DNA of 64,000 nucleotides from an uncultured virus (IMG/VR IMGVR_UViG_3300001282_000003) (lineage: Duplodnaviria > Heunggongvirae > Uroviricota > Caudoviricetes): IMG/VR virus record IMGVR_UViG_3300001282_000003. The stretch is one strand, 5' to 3'. Made by a program: the position numbers and the translations under genes. Positions 19,198 to 29,090 of this stretch are shown here, piece by piece. How positions within the stretch are numbered: position 1 is the stretch's first letter; the number at the start of each line of letters is the position of its first letter. A model generated the notes under the pieces. It ran no database searches, was not told where the DNA came from, and worked only from the letters and a program-made list of their open reading frames with translations.

Positions 19198-19431
19198 ATG
19201 AAAATCACTACAGAAAATAAAGCAATCCTTTGGTCAATTCTTGAAAAATATGACGGTATTTCAGAATATTCAAATTTCTGTGATGCTCTTTCTAGATTTA
19301 TTCAAAATAAAGTAAATAATACTGATATTCTTGTTGTTTATCAAAGTCTTTTGATTATAGATATGGTTGATAAGAAAAAAATTGACTCTACTATTGGTGA
19401 TGAAATCGACGCTTGCTTGTTCTCTATCTAA
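19198..19431 (+). CDS. hypothetical protein
   Basis: ORF directly behind TATATTTG 19186-19193 with upstream TTTG. Confidence 0.65.
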   Translation: MKITTENKAILWSILEKYDGISEYSNFCDALSRFIQNKVNNTDILVVYQSLLIIDMVDKKKIDSTIGDEIDACLFSI

Positions 19432-19511
19432 AAATCATGTAACATCATGATGCCTATTCTTACTAATAATACTTGAATTTTTTGAAAAATCTTATACTGG
19501 ATTTTTTATAG

Positions 19512-19542
19512 AAAAAGAAACCTCTCAAATTGAGAGGTTTTT
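19512..19542. terminator. bidirectional intrinsic terminator
   Basis: AAACCTCTCAA/TTGAGAGGTTT hairpin with A and T runs. Confidence 0.75.
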
Positions 19543-20282
19543 TACTTTTTTATCCATTCTTTGAATTTCATAACTGATTCTTTTAGTGATTCTACAAAAT
19601 CAAACTCTCTAAGAAAATCTCCAAAGTCTTCAAGATAACCTTTCTTACTTTCATCGTTCTTATCTTTAGTCCATTGCCAGTTAAAAGAAAGAACATCTGG
19701 AGTTTTGAATCCAAAGAAACTTAAAACTTGTTTTTCTAACTTAACAGCTTCTTCACCGTTCCAGTTGTGACCAGTTGCTATAACACCAACTTCTTTATCT
19801 TTAAGTAAATTAGATTCACCTAAAGTTGTATGTCTGTTATCTAACCAAGTTAATCTTTCAACTAACTCACCATATATAGAATTCATTTTACCCCAACGAA
19901 TTGAACCAAAGAAAATAACTATATCAGCATCAAAAATAGCATTTGCTACTTTATACATTTCGTCTGATTTATTATTCAAAGATGCCCAACATCTAATGTT
20001 ACCTGTTGGATTTTTTTCTTTATCATCTAACTTAGCTTCTTTCAATCCACAAGTATTACCTCTTTTAGTTGAAACATTTCCTTCACAAGGATATATTTTT
20101 AATTTAGCAACATTAATCAATTGAACTCTATCAGAACCTAACTTTTTAATAAGTTCATCAGCTATTATTGATGATTTAGGAAGTTCATTATCACCTTCCC
20201 ATCTGTTAGATGTTGTTAAGAAAAGAATTTTTTTATTCTTATTTTTCTTTAAGTAATTGTAAAGTTTCTTTAAGTTATCCAT
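19542..20282 (-). CDS. flavodoxin-like NAD(P)H-dependent FMN reductase / iron-sulfur flavoprotein family
   Basis: ILFLTTSNR, IYPCEGNVS, ADIVIFFGSIRWG, LVERL; AATATATA upstream (20291-20298). Confidence 0.75.
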   Translation of the reverse strand: MDNLKKLYNYLKKNKNKKILFLTTSNRWEGDNELPKSSIIADELIKKLGSDRVQLINVAKLKIYPCEGNVSTKRGNTCGLKEAKLDDKEKNPTGNIRCWASLNNKSDEMYKVANAIFDADIVIFFGSIRWGKMNSIYGELVERLTWLDNRHTTLGESNLLKDKEVGVIATGHNWNGEEAVKLEKQVLSFFGFKTPDVLSFNWQWTKDKNDESKKGYLEDFGDFLREFDFVESLKESVMKFKEWIKK

Positions 20283-20317
20283 TATGAAGTTATATATTAA
20301 AATTTATATATAGGTAT

Positions 20318-20893
20318 ATGAAATTTCTTAAAAAATTTGAAGCCAAATCAGAAGACTCTAAAGAAAAGTTAATAGAGTATGCTGATGATATTGTAAAAGT
20401 TATAACAACTTATTACTCAACTCATACTGGTGATTTATGTGATCAAATTGATGAAATACTTTGGAATACCTCAAATGTTGATTTAGATGGTTGGGAGAAT
20501 GATGGTGTGCTAACTGAAGAGATGATGAGAGAAGTAGTTGAGGATTATAAAGGTGCTTGGTCCAGAGAAATAGAAAAATTACTTGATGTATATTATGATT
20601 GTAGACATTTTGTTAAACATGTAAATAAAGACTTAGTTGAAGATATAAAAGAAGTATTTTTAGAATATTCTGATATGGGTAAGGTTGAAGTTAGTAAAAC
20701 GTCTAGGTTAAATGATGATAGATATTCTGTAAAAATTTATATTAAAGATATATTATTTAAAATTAACTTTGAAGAAGTATTAGATAGAATAAAAGAATTA
20801 GGTTTTGAACATTATTCCATAGAGTGTGTCAAAAATGGTTATATAGAAAGTATGACTATTGAATTTTGGAAGCCATTACCAGAAGAAGAATAA
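20318..20893 (+). CDS. hypothetical acidic protein with N-terminal capsid-targeting-like motif
   Basis: starts MKFLKKFEA behind TTATATATA. Confidence 0.7.
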   Translation: MKFLKKFEAKSEDSKEKLIEYADDIVKVITTYYSTHTGDLCDQIDEILWNTSNVDLDGWENDGVLTEEMMREVVEDYKGAWSREIEKLLDVYYDCRHFVKHVNKDLVEDIKEVFLEYSDMGKVEVSKTSRLNDDRYSVKIYIKDILFKINFEEVLDRIKELGFEHYSIECVKNGYIESMTIEFWKPLPEEE

Positions 20894-20919
20894 AAAACCC
20901 ACTTTAGAGTGGGTTTTTT
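20892..20919. terminator. bidirectional intrinsic terminator
   Basis: AAAAAACCCACT-ttag-AGTGGGTTTTTT. Confidence 0.85.
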
Positions 20920-20921
20920 AT

Positions 20922-21896
20922 TTAGTCGAACATATTATTGTCAACTCTATCTTTTAACTTTTGTATTGCTCTTGTTAACTCACCAGCAACTTGAATAACA
21001 ACTGGATGATTAAATCCTGAAAGGCTATTTGCTATGCTACTAATATTTCTAACTTCTGATTCTATTCCTTTTAATTCAGCCTCTAAATCACCGTATATTT
21101 TACTTTTATTAGCCTCTGTAATTTCATTCATCTTAGATTCTAACATAGACTCTAATTCTTGAACTTTTTTGAATCCAGCTTCTAATTCTTTCTCTCTCTT
21201 AGAAAGATCAGCTAAGTCAGAATCAATTTTAGTTTGAAGTTCTGCGTATTTAGAATCTACTTCTTTAGCTGATGAAAGAGCAGTTCTATCAAGATTTCTT
21301 TCTCTTTCATTTAACTCTTGAATCTTTTCTTGTAAGTCTAATTCTTTTTCAGTTATAGTTCTTGTTCTTAATCTTAAATCATCGTCTTTCTTTTCAATTG
21401 TTTTAAGATCTAATTTATATTCGTCTTCTCTTTTTTCAACTCTTTTAATTCTGATTTCAAGTTCATCTTCTTTATCTTTGATTCTTCTATCCCTTGAATC
21501 TAAATCAGTTTCTCTTCTATCTAAATCTCTTTTGAAAGTGTTTAATTCAGATTCTCTTCTTTCTACATCTTTCATTAAAGCAGGGTCCATAGATGGAACA
21601 TTATCATGTTGAATTGAAGACATAATCATATCTTCAAAGAAAGGAATTAATTTTTTACCTAATTGAGCAGGTTGAGGCATTTTTTCAGCTCTCATAAATG
21701 TTAATAATTCGGCTTTCCAGTCGATTACCTCGAAAAACTCCGGATTATTATCTATGATAGCTCTATCAATAGGAATTAATTCAGTCTTTACCTTATAAAT
21801 GTACTCTTCTAAGATAGCACCAATTTTAAGAATAAAGATTTTTTTATCTGGACTTAAATACTGAAACTCCTTTATTACTTTATGTTTAATTTTCAT
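20922..21896 (-). CDS. long coiled-coil protein
   Basis: heptad repeats of the RExxLxx type over about 200 aa; AATATATA at 21918-21925. Confidence 0.7.
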   Translation of the reverse strand: MKIKHKVIKEFQYLSPDKKIFILKIGAILEEYIYKVKTELIPIDRAIIDNNPEFFEVIDWKAELLTFMRAEKMPQPAQLGKKLIPFFEDMIMSSIQHDNVPSMDPALMKDVERRESELNTFKRDLDRRETDLDSRDRRIKDKEDELEIRIKRVEKREDEYKLDLKTIEKKDDDLRLRTRTITEKELDLQEKIQELNERERNLDRTALSSAKEVDSKYAELQTKIDSDLADLSKREKELEAGFKKVQELESMLESKMNEITEANKSKIYGDLEAELKGIESEVRNISSIANSLSGFNHPVVIQVAGELTRAIQKLKDRVDNNMFD

Positions 21897-21967
21897 GTTT
21901 CGAAAATGAATTTTATTTATATATTAAAAACCATTGTTTTTGTTTTAATTTTTAGTATATTTGTAAA

Positions 21968-22432
21968 ATGGTGTCTTTGAATAAAGAATATAATCAAATT
22001 GTGAACCTTACTAAATTCAATGTGAATTTTAGTAAGTTTATTCATAATAATGACTTATTGAGTCATAGTCCAGACTATATTCTTGAAAAATATAATCATT
22101 GGATTGGATTTGAACCAACTATTGAGTGTAAATTATATACACCAGATGATATGACTGATTTTTTTCTTAAATATTGGAAAAGATGGGGTATATTTGAAGA
22201 ATATTCTGTGAAAAATATTTTGATGTATCTTTACTCAACTAGAAGTATGAATCTAGTATTAATGTCTGAGAAGTTTGAAGAGTATATCGGGCCAATGAAT
22301 ATGATATCAGATATACCAGATAAAAAAGGATTACATCATAAATCAGATTTATTTATTAATGATGTATTAGAAAAGAATAAAGACAATGTAAAAGTTGTTT
22401 TAAGAGATATGAAAATTGGAAGTATAATATAA
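21968..22432 (+). CDS. hypothetical protein with C-terminal tag
   Basis: behind TATATTTG 21956-21963; ends LRDMKIGSII. Confidence 0.7.
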   Translation: MVSLNKEYNQIVNLTKFNVNFSKFIHNNDLLSHSPDYILEKYNHWIGFEPTIECKLYTPDDMTDFFLKYWKRWGIFEEYSVKNILMYLYSTRSMNLVLMSEKFEEYIGPMNMISDIPDKKGLHHKSDLFINDVLEKNKDNVKVVLRDMKIGSII

Positions 22433-22666
22433 GTCAGAGAAGCTATCGCTGGTAGAAATACTAGAGAAACTTCGACACTACAGAACCTAACACGGGAGAA
22501 TAAGTAAAGAAATTGAAAGTTCGTTTGTACCGAGGAAGTAGCAACACATACAGACTTAGGGTATCGGTTCCCCTTTGATGGTCGGGTTGTGGCAGTCCTT
22601 CGGGACCACTGAAAGGTGAGATAAATGATAGCTTAAAGCAAAATGTCGGGTACGCTCAACTTATAT
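22427..22666 (+). ncRNA. rnpB: compact RNase P RNA (type A-like catalytic domain, reduced specificity domain)
   Basis: P1 ATATAAGT/ACTTATAT, P2 GCTATC/GATAGC, P3 CTGGTA-GAAA-TACTAG, P4 AC(T)TCGACA/TGTCGGGT with bulged U, P5 CTAC/GTAG-CAA, P6 GAACC/GGTTC, L15 GGGT, conserved AGATAAATGAT. Confidence 0.85.
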
Positions 22667-22710
22667 AACTTTCAATTATAAAATAGTAACAAATAAAAAA
22701 TAAAATAAAT

Positions 22711-23175
22711 ATGAAAATGATTAAATTCTTGATGTTGGCTCTTGTAGCAACAATGTTCTTAACTTCTTGTACTGAGAACTATTCTAATGGTGAACGTATT
22801 GGTATGATTACCAAATTCTCACAAAAAGGTCTTGTTTGGAACTCTTGGGAAGGCTCATTAAACACAACACAAACTGGTATGAATAGTGCCACTCCGTTTG
22901 AGTTCTCTGTTGATAATGATGTAAATGATGCTAAAGTTATCTCTACTTTAGATTCAGCGGCTACCGAAGGATGGAAAGTTAAAATTAAATATCATGAAAC
23001 ATTCGGTAAGAACTGGCTTTCTAATAGAGGTGAAACTAATTACTTTGTTAAAGAAGTAGAAGTTTTAGATAGAGACCCAATGGGTAGCGTATTTGGTAAC
23101 TCAAATAATACAGGTGGTAAAGTTGTTGACACAATCTATGTGGTAATCGTTCCAAAAGAAAAAGTAATTAAATAA
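22711..23175 (+). CDS. putative lipoprotein
   Basis: signal peptide with LTSC lipobox; YSNGERIG...KG...WEG motif. Confidence 0.75.
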   Translation: MKMIKFLMLALVATMFLTSCTENYSNGERIGMITKFSQKGLVWNSWEGSLNTTQTGMNSATPFEFSVDNDVNDAKVISTLDSAATEGWKVKIKYHETFGKNWLSNRGETNYFVKEVEVLDRDPMGSVFGNSNNTGGKVVDTIYVVIVPKEKVIK

Positions 23176-23388
23176 ATGAATATAAGAAAGGGAGATAAGC
23201 TTTTATGTACCGAAGATGTGAATAACGTCTTCGGTTGGCCCTTATTTGAAAAAGGTAAGCAATATGAAGTTCTTTATGTAGATAATGAAAAGGTAAAAAC
23301 TTATGTCTATATGAACCATAATCTATATGGTAATGAATATATGGAACACGAATTACAATGGGTATTAAAAAGATTTAAGAAACAATGA
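23176..23388 (+). CDS. small SH3-like hypothetical protein
   Basis: IRKGDKLLC...FEKGKQYEV; coupled to neighbours. Confidence 0.65.
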   Translation: MNIRKGDKLLCTEDVNNVFGWPLFEKGKQYEVLYVDNEKVKTYVYMNHNLYGNEYMEHELQWVLKRFKKQ

Positions 23389-23837
23389 TAAACGATAAAG
23401 TGATAATGATTGTAGAAAATCTGATACAATCAACTAAAAACGCAGAGTTAGAATGGATTGATAAAGGTTCTGTTGATAAAAGAAGTTATCATCGTGAGTA
23501 TTATGCTATTGCTGAAGATGGTACAAAATACGAGGCAGAAGTTAAGTACACATTAAGTAATAGTGGTACTTGGGTATTAGAATCTGCTCCTTCTATCTGG
23601 GTTAGAAGTGAGAAACTTCCAAATGGTGTTTTCTATATCTATGGTGGTCAATCCGAATTGAAAGAAATTATTTCCGAATTTAGAAAAGTAATTATGGATA
23701 AGTATTGTCAAGATATGAAGCCATCTGAAAAAGTGGTTGAAGATGCTTTAGATGGTATTGCTAAAGGTATTAGTATATCAACTTATCGTGATAATAAACT
23801 AAATAAGATTCTTGGTGTCTTTGGATTAGGTAAATAA
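23385..23837 (+). CDS. hypothetical protein with C-terminal tag
   Basis: ends YRDNKLNKILGVFGLGK. Confidence 0.7.
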   Translation: MINDKVIMIVENLIQSTKNAELEWIDKGSVDKRSYHREYYAIAEDGTKYEAEVKYTLSNSGTWVLESAPSIWVRSEKLPNGVFYIYGGQSELKEIISEFRKVIMDKYCQDMKPSEKVVEDALDGIAKGISISTYRDNKLNKILGVFGLGK

Positions 23838-23870
23838 TAAACTTATTAATTTCCATAGAATATAACGTCT

Positions 23871-24683
23871 ATGGAAATTAATGATATTCATCAAGGTGAT
23901 TCTTTGGAGTTACTAAAAAAACTACCAGACAACTCTGTTGACTTGGTAATAACATCACCACCTTACGCTGACTTAAAAGTTTATATAGACAATGGTGGAA
24001 TCTTAGCCAAAGATTATGTCAATTGGTTTATACCTTATTGTAAGGAAATAGAAAGAGTTCTTAAACCAACAGGGTCTTTCATCTTAAACATCAATGATAA
24101 AGTAGAGAATGGTTTTAGACATCCTTATGTCTTTGACTTAATATCAGAACTACATAAACAAACAGGTCTAAAAATGTTTGAGAGATTGTTCTGGAATAAA
24201 TTAAAAAGTCTTCCTAACAGAGCCAGATTTGGTGATAGAGTAGAATACTTATTTTGGTTCGCTAAAGAAAAAGGATTCAAGTTTAATCTTGATGAAATGA
24301 GAACTGAGTATTCTGAGAAGTCTATTAAAAGAATGACTAAACCTCTAAAGAAAAGATTTGCCAGAACTGAAGGTGATGATAATTTAGAGTATAAAGATTG
24401 GGCTCCAAATCCAAAAGGTGCTTTACCGACTACATTAGTAAACATCTCATCTGAATCAAAACGAATTGCTGATAATCACGTTGCTGTTTTTCCAGTTGAT
24501 CTTATTGAATACTTTATCAAAGGTGCTACTGATAAAGGTGATTTAGTTTTAGATATATTTATGGGAACTGGTACAACTGCTGTTGCCGCTAAGAAGTTAG
24601 GTAGAAATTGGATGGGATTTGAACTACAACAAGATTATATAGATGTTGCGAATATTAGAATAGGTGATGTTGAGAATAACTAA
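23871..24683 (+). CDS. site-specific DNA methyltransferase (N4-C/N6-A, beta class)
   Basis: TSPPY catalytic motif precedes VLDIFMGTGTT SAM-binding motif. Confidence 0.92.
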   Translation: MEINDIHQGDSLELLKKLPDNSVDLVITSPPYADLKVYIDNGGILAKDYVNWFIPYCKEIERVLKPTGSFILNINDKVENGFRHPYVFDLISELHKQTGLKMFERLFWNKLKSLPNRARFGDRVEYLFWFAKEKGFKFNLDEMRTEYSEKSIKRMTKPLKKRFARTEGDDNLEYKDWAPNPKGALPTTLVNISSESKRIADNHVAVFPVDLIEYFIKGATDKGDLVLDIFMGTGTTAVAAKKLGRNWMGFELQQDYIDVANIRIGDVENN

Positions 24684-24936
24684 AAATATGGGTAAGATAA
24701 TTTCTATGAAGAGAGGTGACTTTCCCATAGATAGTTTTGTTATTATGCCTGGTGTTACCCATTATAAAAACATATACACAAATGGAAATTATTTATTCTT
24801 TAGTCAAGAAGACTATAAACAATCCATAACTATTGAATTTACTAATGAAGGTGAGTTAGATAGATTTTTTACTATGTTAATGAGAGAGATAAAATTAAAT
24901 CAGCTAATAAATGTTGAGACGAAAAATACTAAATAG
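24664..24936 (+). CDS. hypothetical protein with C-terminal tag
   Basis: ends MREIKLNQLINVETKNTK. Confidence 0.6.
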   Translation: MMLRITKNMGKIISMKRGDFPIDSFVIMPGVTHYKNIYTNGNYLFFSQEDYKQSITIEFTNEGELDRFFTMLMREIKLNQLINVETKNTK

Positions 24937-25141
24937 AATAGGTGTTGTGTTTGGTATATTAGCATTCTTAATGATGTTTGTTATACCATTCTTTATCAAG
25001 TCTAATGATAAAATGTATGCTGGTATTTACTTTTGTTTCTTTCTAACTTGTACTTGTGTGGCTAATGTAACATTAGAAAAATCAAATAAACCACCATCTC
25101 TTGAAGAAAGAGAAGAAAAAATTAGACAAATTATTAAGTGA
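24911..25141 (+). CDS. two-TM membrane protein with C-terminal tag
   Basis: two hydrophobic segments; ends EREEKIRQIIK. Confidence 0.65.
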   Translation: MLRRKILNRIGVVFGILAFLMMFVIPFFIKSNDKMYAGIYFCFFLTCTCVANVTLEKSNKPPSLEEREEKIRQIIK

Positions 25142-25416
25142 AAGTTTATTGTAAAAGAACTTGCTTTGAAAAGAATACAAATGCTTTTCCAGTAAATGGA
25201 AAAGAGTATGGTCAAGACTATGTTAAATGGGCTTGGGGTAAGATATATGAATGTCACGAACCAAAAGATTATGAAAAATCGGCTACTTATTTAATAATAG
25301 AGTCTGAAGTAAAAGAATCTTGGTATCCAATAAGTGAGAAGAATTTTAACAAACATTTTGAAACTTTAGAAGAAAATCGTAATAAGAAAATAGAAAAAAT
25401 TTTAAAAAATGATTAA
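25138..25416 (+). CDS. hypothetical protein with C-terminal tag
   Basis: GTG start overlapping previous stop; ends NRNKKIEKILKND. Confidence 0.7.
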   Translation: MKVYCKRTCFEKNTNAFPVNGKEYGQDYVKWAWGKIYECHEPKDYEKSATYLIIESEVKESWYPISEKNFNKHFETLEENRNKKIEKILKND

Positions 25417-25918
25417 AGAAATACCAAATTATTTAACCGAACATGAATGTAGCATGTTGATTGGATTAGGAGAGTCTGGTCAATTAGATGCTGGTCGTGT
25501 ATCTAATCATAAGTTGGCTTATAGAAAAGCCAGAGTTACTTGGTTAAAAACACAATCACCTTTAGTTGATAAAATTAAAAGTGATGTTGCTGAATTAACA
25601 GGATATCCAGTTGAAAATCAAGAAGATTTTCACTTTGTTAAATATAACACTGATGGTGAATACAAAGTACACACTGATGGTAAAGATAGACCAAAAACTG
25701 CTTTAGTTTATTTAAATGATGGATTTGTTGGTGGTGAAACTGAGTTTCCAAAATTAAATACTATCATAAAGCCAGAAATTGGAAAGTTAGTGATATGGGA
25801 CAATACTTTAGAAGATGGATCAAGTGATCCTAATAGTTTACATGCTGGATTGCCTGTAATTGTTGGTACTAAATACATTGGTGTTATTTGGATAAGAGGG
25901 GAAAAATATAAAAAATGA
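25409..25918 (+). CDS. 2OG-Fe(II) oxygenase, prolyl 4-hydroxylase-like
   Basis: YKVHTD, LVYLND, GGETEFP, LHAGLPV...K motifs. Confidence 0.9.
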   Translation: MIKEIPNYLTEHECSMLIGLGESGQLDAGRVSNHKLAYRKARVTWLKTQSPLVDKIKSDVAELTGYPVENQEDFHFVKYNTDGEYKVHTDGKDRPKTALVYLNDGFVGGETEFPKLNTIIKPEIGKLVIWDNTLEDGSSDPNSLHAGLPVIVGTKYIGVIWIRGEKYKK

Positions 25919-26658
25919 AATATTTATCAGATACAGAAATCCTTAACTGGAACAGAAGATTAGAAAGAAGTGATTACGCAGTTTATCCACTTTCCAATGT
26001 TAGATCAGGTCATCCTGACATCATCTTTAGACAAAAAATCAATAATGGTTATAGTCCTATGGGTGAACAACTTGTTGAAACAATTGATCCATTTATTCGA
26101 TATGACTTTACATTCTCAGTAGCTTCTAACAGGAAAGAAACATTTCATGACTTATTTGAAAAACTATCAAAAGATCCATTTGGTACTAAATCTATTTATA
26201 GAGATCAGAAAAGTGAGAAGATAATGGATATTACTTTTAATGATACTGTTATTGAAAGTAAAGAAGTAAATACACACTTAGTTTTTGAAAAAGAGTATAT
26301 TAGATTTACCATACATTTTGCTGGTAAGTTAGGATCTATAATGGCTTATGTTTCTTATTTAGAAGATACTATTAATTTCTTCTCTGAGATTTGGGGTTAT
26401 AATGAAGATGGTTCAGAAGTTTGTTTATTAAAATATCCAATTGGTACAATTGTTTCTTTACCTAAAGATAAGTCTACTGATTATTTAGTTTTAGAATATA
26501 AGTATAGAAAATTAGATGATAAGTATTTTATCGATTTTATTGCTAGTGAAATGTTAAATAATAAAGGTTCGGTTATAACTTATGGTGAGATTTATACATT
26601 TAGAGAATCAGAATTATGTTACAGTCGTAATTCAAGAATTGATGATATTTTAAATTAA
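25915..26658 (+). CDS. hypothetical protein with C-terminal SH3-like region and tag
   Basis: KYPIGTIV...FRESEL; ends SRNSRIDDILN. Confidence 0.7.
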   Translation: MKYLSDTEILNWNRRLERSDYAVYPLSNVRSGHPDIIFRQKINNGYSPMGEQLVETIDPFIRYDFTFSVASNRKETFHDLFEKLSKDPFGTKSIYRDQKSEKIMDITFNDTVIESKEVNTHLVFEKEYIRFTIHFAGKLGSIMAYVSYLEDTINFFSEIWGYNEDGSEVCLLKYPIGTIVSLPKDKSTDYLVLEYKYRKLDDKYFIDFIASEMLNNKGSVITYGEIYTFRESELCYSRNSRIDDILN

Positions 26659-26666
26659 TAATTGAA

Positions 26667-27632
26667 ATGAAAGATTTAATAATAGTAACCGCCTATTGTA
26701 AAACTGAAGAGCAAGAAAGGTGTTTAGAAAAATGTATTGATTCAGTAATTAAATCAGATGCTCACGTTGCTCTTATTTCACACTCACATGCTCCAATACA
26801 TATTCAGAAAAAGTGTCAATATTATTTTTATGATTATCTAAATGATATTTCAGATGATTACAAACTACTGGGTTTAAAGTATTTCTCATTTAATAATAAT
26901 GTTAATAATGTGATTCAATCTATATTTTTTGAAAAATATTTTTATGGATTTGCCATTTATAGAATGTTTTCAATTGCTAGTCAAATAGCTATAAATTTTG
27001 GTTATCAAAATATTCATCATATTGAATATGACTGTGAGCTTTTAGATGTAAATCTTATAAACGAACACAGTAATTTACTTGAAGAATGTGATTCAGTAAT
27101 TTATACAAACACTGGTAAAGAAGATGGTTTTCTTTATGGATCATTCAAGTCATTTAAAGTTAGCTCACTTCCAGATAATTTCAAAAATTATAATCGTGAA
27201 TTTATTAAAAATGAAATTTCAAAAATGAATCCAGCCGCTTTGGAGTTTTTAACAAAAAGAATTTTTATGAATTCCGGAAAAGTTTTATTTAAAAATACAA
27301 ATGGATTGTATAATAGATTTAAGGGTGGTGAGCATTTTTATAATAGAAATCTACACTATACTTTTTATTATAATCCTGATGACGGATCATTAAATTTATT
27401 TTATAAAGGTTTTGATTTTGAAGAAAAAATAACTGTTATTGTTAATAAACAAAAAGTTATTAATTTGGATGTTAAACCAAATCATTGGTATGTAAGACCA
27501 TTAGGTACATTTGATGAAATAGATAATGTTAGAATTGATAACTCTGTTAAAATTTTATTTGAAAAGAATTTTGACCAAATCGAAAGAGAAATCTATAAAA
27601 ATAAATCATTTATTTGTGAACAAAATAATTAA
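26667..27632 (+). CDS. hypothetical protein, possibly glycosyltransferase-like
   Basis: IIVTAY...LISHS...HIEYD pattern; clustered with a sugar acetyltransferase. Confidence 0.5.
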   Translation: MKDLIIVTAYCKTEEQERCLEKCIDSVIKSDAHVALISHSHAPIHIQKKCQYYFYDYLNDISDDYKLLGLKYFSFNNNVNNVIQSIFFEKYFYGFAIYRMFSIASQIAINFGYQNIHHIEYDCELLDVNLINEHSNLLEECDSVIYTNTGKEDGFLYGSFKSFKVSSLPDNFKNYNREFIKNEISKMNPAALEFLTKRIFMNSGKVLFKNTNGLYNRFKGGEHFYNRNLHYTFYYNPDDGSLNLFYKGFDFEEKITVIVNKQKVINLDVKPNHWYVRPLGTFDEIDNVRIDNSVKILFEKNFDQIEREIYKNKSFICEQNN

Positions 27633-28443
27633 TTTTACTCCAACTGGTACACAAACCACAAGAGATAATTCGTATGCTCCTTTGATTCCAAATGAGATAA
27701 TTGAGTCTGTACATGAGGCTAATGAATTAGGTATATCTATAGTTCATTTACACGCAAGAGATGAGATTACATTAGAGAATACTTATAAGAAAGAAGTATA
27801 TCAAAAGATAATAGAGGGTATAAAAAAATATTGTCCTGAGTTATTGATTTGTGTTTCTTTAACGGGTAGAAATTTTCCTGAATTAGAGAAAAGATCAGAA
27901 GTGTTACAGTTACTACCTGATATGGGTTCACTAACTATGTCTTCTTTAAATTTTCCATCAGGTGCCTCAGTTAATCAACCTAATATGATTCTATCTTTGA
28001 TAGATGAAATGAATAAATATGGAGTACAGCCAGAGATAGAATGTTTTGATACAGGTATGTTGAATTATACTAATTATCTTATATCAAAAGGTAAATTAAA
28101 TCCACCGTATCACATTAATATAATCTTAGGTAATATATACAACGGTCAGTGTGATTTAAGTAATTTATCATCGATTAAGACCAATCTACCATCTAATTCA
28201 TATACTTGTTTAGGTGGTATAGGCTCTCAACAATTAAATAGTAACTTATATGGTTTATTAGATTTTGATGGCGTTAGAATTGGACTTGAGGATAATTTAT
28301 ATCTTAAAGAAAAGAAAAAAACAACAAATAGTGAACTATTAAAAAGATTACATAGAATAATGAATGAGTTAGATATAACTCATTATACATCAAAAGAATT
28401 AAAACAATTAGGATATGGAAACAAAATTATTAATAATAGGTAA
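27616..28443 (+). CDS. 3-keto-5-aminohexanoate cleavage enzyme family (BKACE/DUF849)
   Basis: INFTPTG, VHLHARD, PDMGSL, PEIECFD, VRIGLEDN; GTG start at 27616. Confidence 0.88.
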   Translation: MNKIINFTPTGTQTTRDNSYAPLIPNEIIESVHEANELGISIVHLHARDEITLENTYKKEVYQKIIEGIKKYCPELLICVSLTGRNFPELEKRSEVLQLLPDMGSLTMSSLNFPSGASVNQPNMILSLIDEMNKYGVQPEIECFDTGMLNYTNYLISKGKLNPPYHINIILGNIYNGQCDLSNLSSIKTNLPSNSYTCLGGIGSQQLNSNLYGLLDFDGVRIGLEDNLYLKEKKKTTNSELLKRLHRIMNELDITHYTSKELKQLGYGNKIINNR

Positions 28444-29053
28444 AGGAGATAATATTATAACAATGATATTAGATAATTTATATTCTAATAAGAGTACACC
28501 AGAAATTCACATATACAATAATCTAAAACTTCCTATACTGAACACATTTGAACATGATGAATTTGATATAAAAGTATTAGAGGATTTAGACCTAAATGAA
28601 TATGATAAAATGACTCTGGGTGTTTATCAACCTCAACATAAAATAAAAATAATAGAATCATTAAAGCCTGATGTGAATAAATTTACTAATATTATACATA
28701 GTGGTTTAGATATATCTAAAATGAGTAAAATAGGAAGAGGAGTTTTAATCAATTCAAAAGTATCAATTGCTGCTCATACAACAATTGGTGATTTTGTTTC
28801 AATTAATAGACACGTTTCTATAGGACATCATACTATAATAGAAGATTATTGCTCTATTAATCCAGGTGTTAATATTGCTGGAAATGTTGTAATAGGCGAA
28901 GGCACAACAATTGGAATGGGTACAAACATTCTTCATCAAGTTAAGATAGGTAAAAATTCAATTATTGGAGCTGGTTCAGTTGTTACAAAAGATATACCTG
29001 ATAATGTTGTAGCATATGGATCACCGTGTAAAATAATCAGAAATATTATTTGA
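28415..29053 (+). CDS. NeuD/PglD-like sugar O-acetyltransferase (hexapeptide repeat)
   Basis: NIIH, IGHH, hexapeptide repeats, IGAGSVVTKDIP...YGSPC. Confidence 0.9.
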   Translation: METKLLIIGKGDNIITMILDNLYSNKSTPEIHIYNNLKLPILNTFEHDEFDIKVLEDLDLNEYDKMTLGVYQPQHKIKIIESLKPDVNKFTNIIHSGLDISKMSKIGRGVLINSKVSIAAHTTIGDFVSINRHVSIGHHTIIEDYCSINPGVNIAGNVVIGEGTTIGMGTNILHQVKIGKNSIIGAGSVVTKDIPDNVVAYGSPCKIIRNII

Positions 29054-29071
29054 CAATTCAAAAAGTTTTAC

Positions 29072-29079
29072 TATCTTTG
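29072..29079 (+). promoter_or_regulatory. Bacteroidota-type promoter for the tRNA-CUA unit
   Basis: TTTG at about 29050 and TATCTTTG -7 element. Confidence 0.7.
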
Positions 29080-29090
29080 TAAAACAAATT

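Noticed and set aside
23871..24683. Complete restriction-modification systems around the two methylases
   Set aside because: No recognisable cognate endonuclease is adjacent to either; more likely orphan protective methylases.
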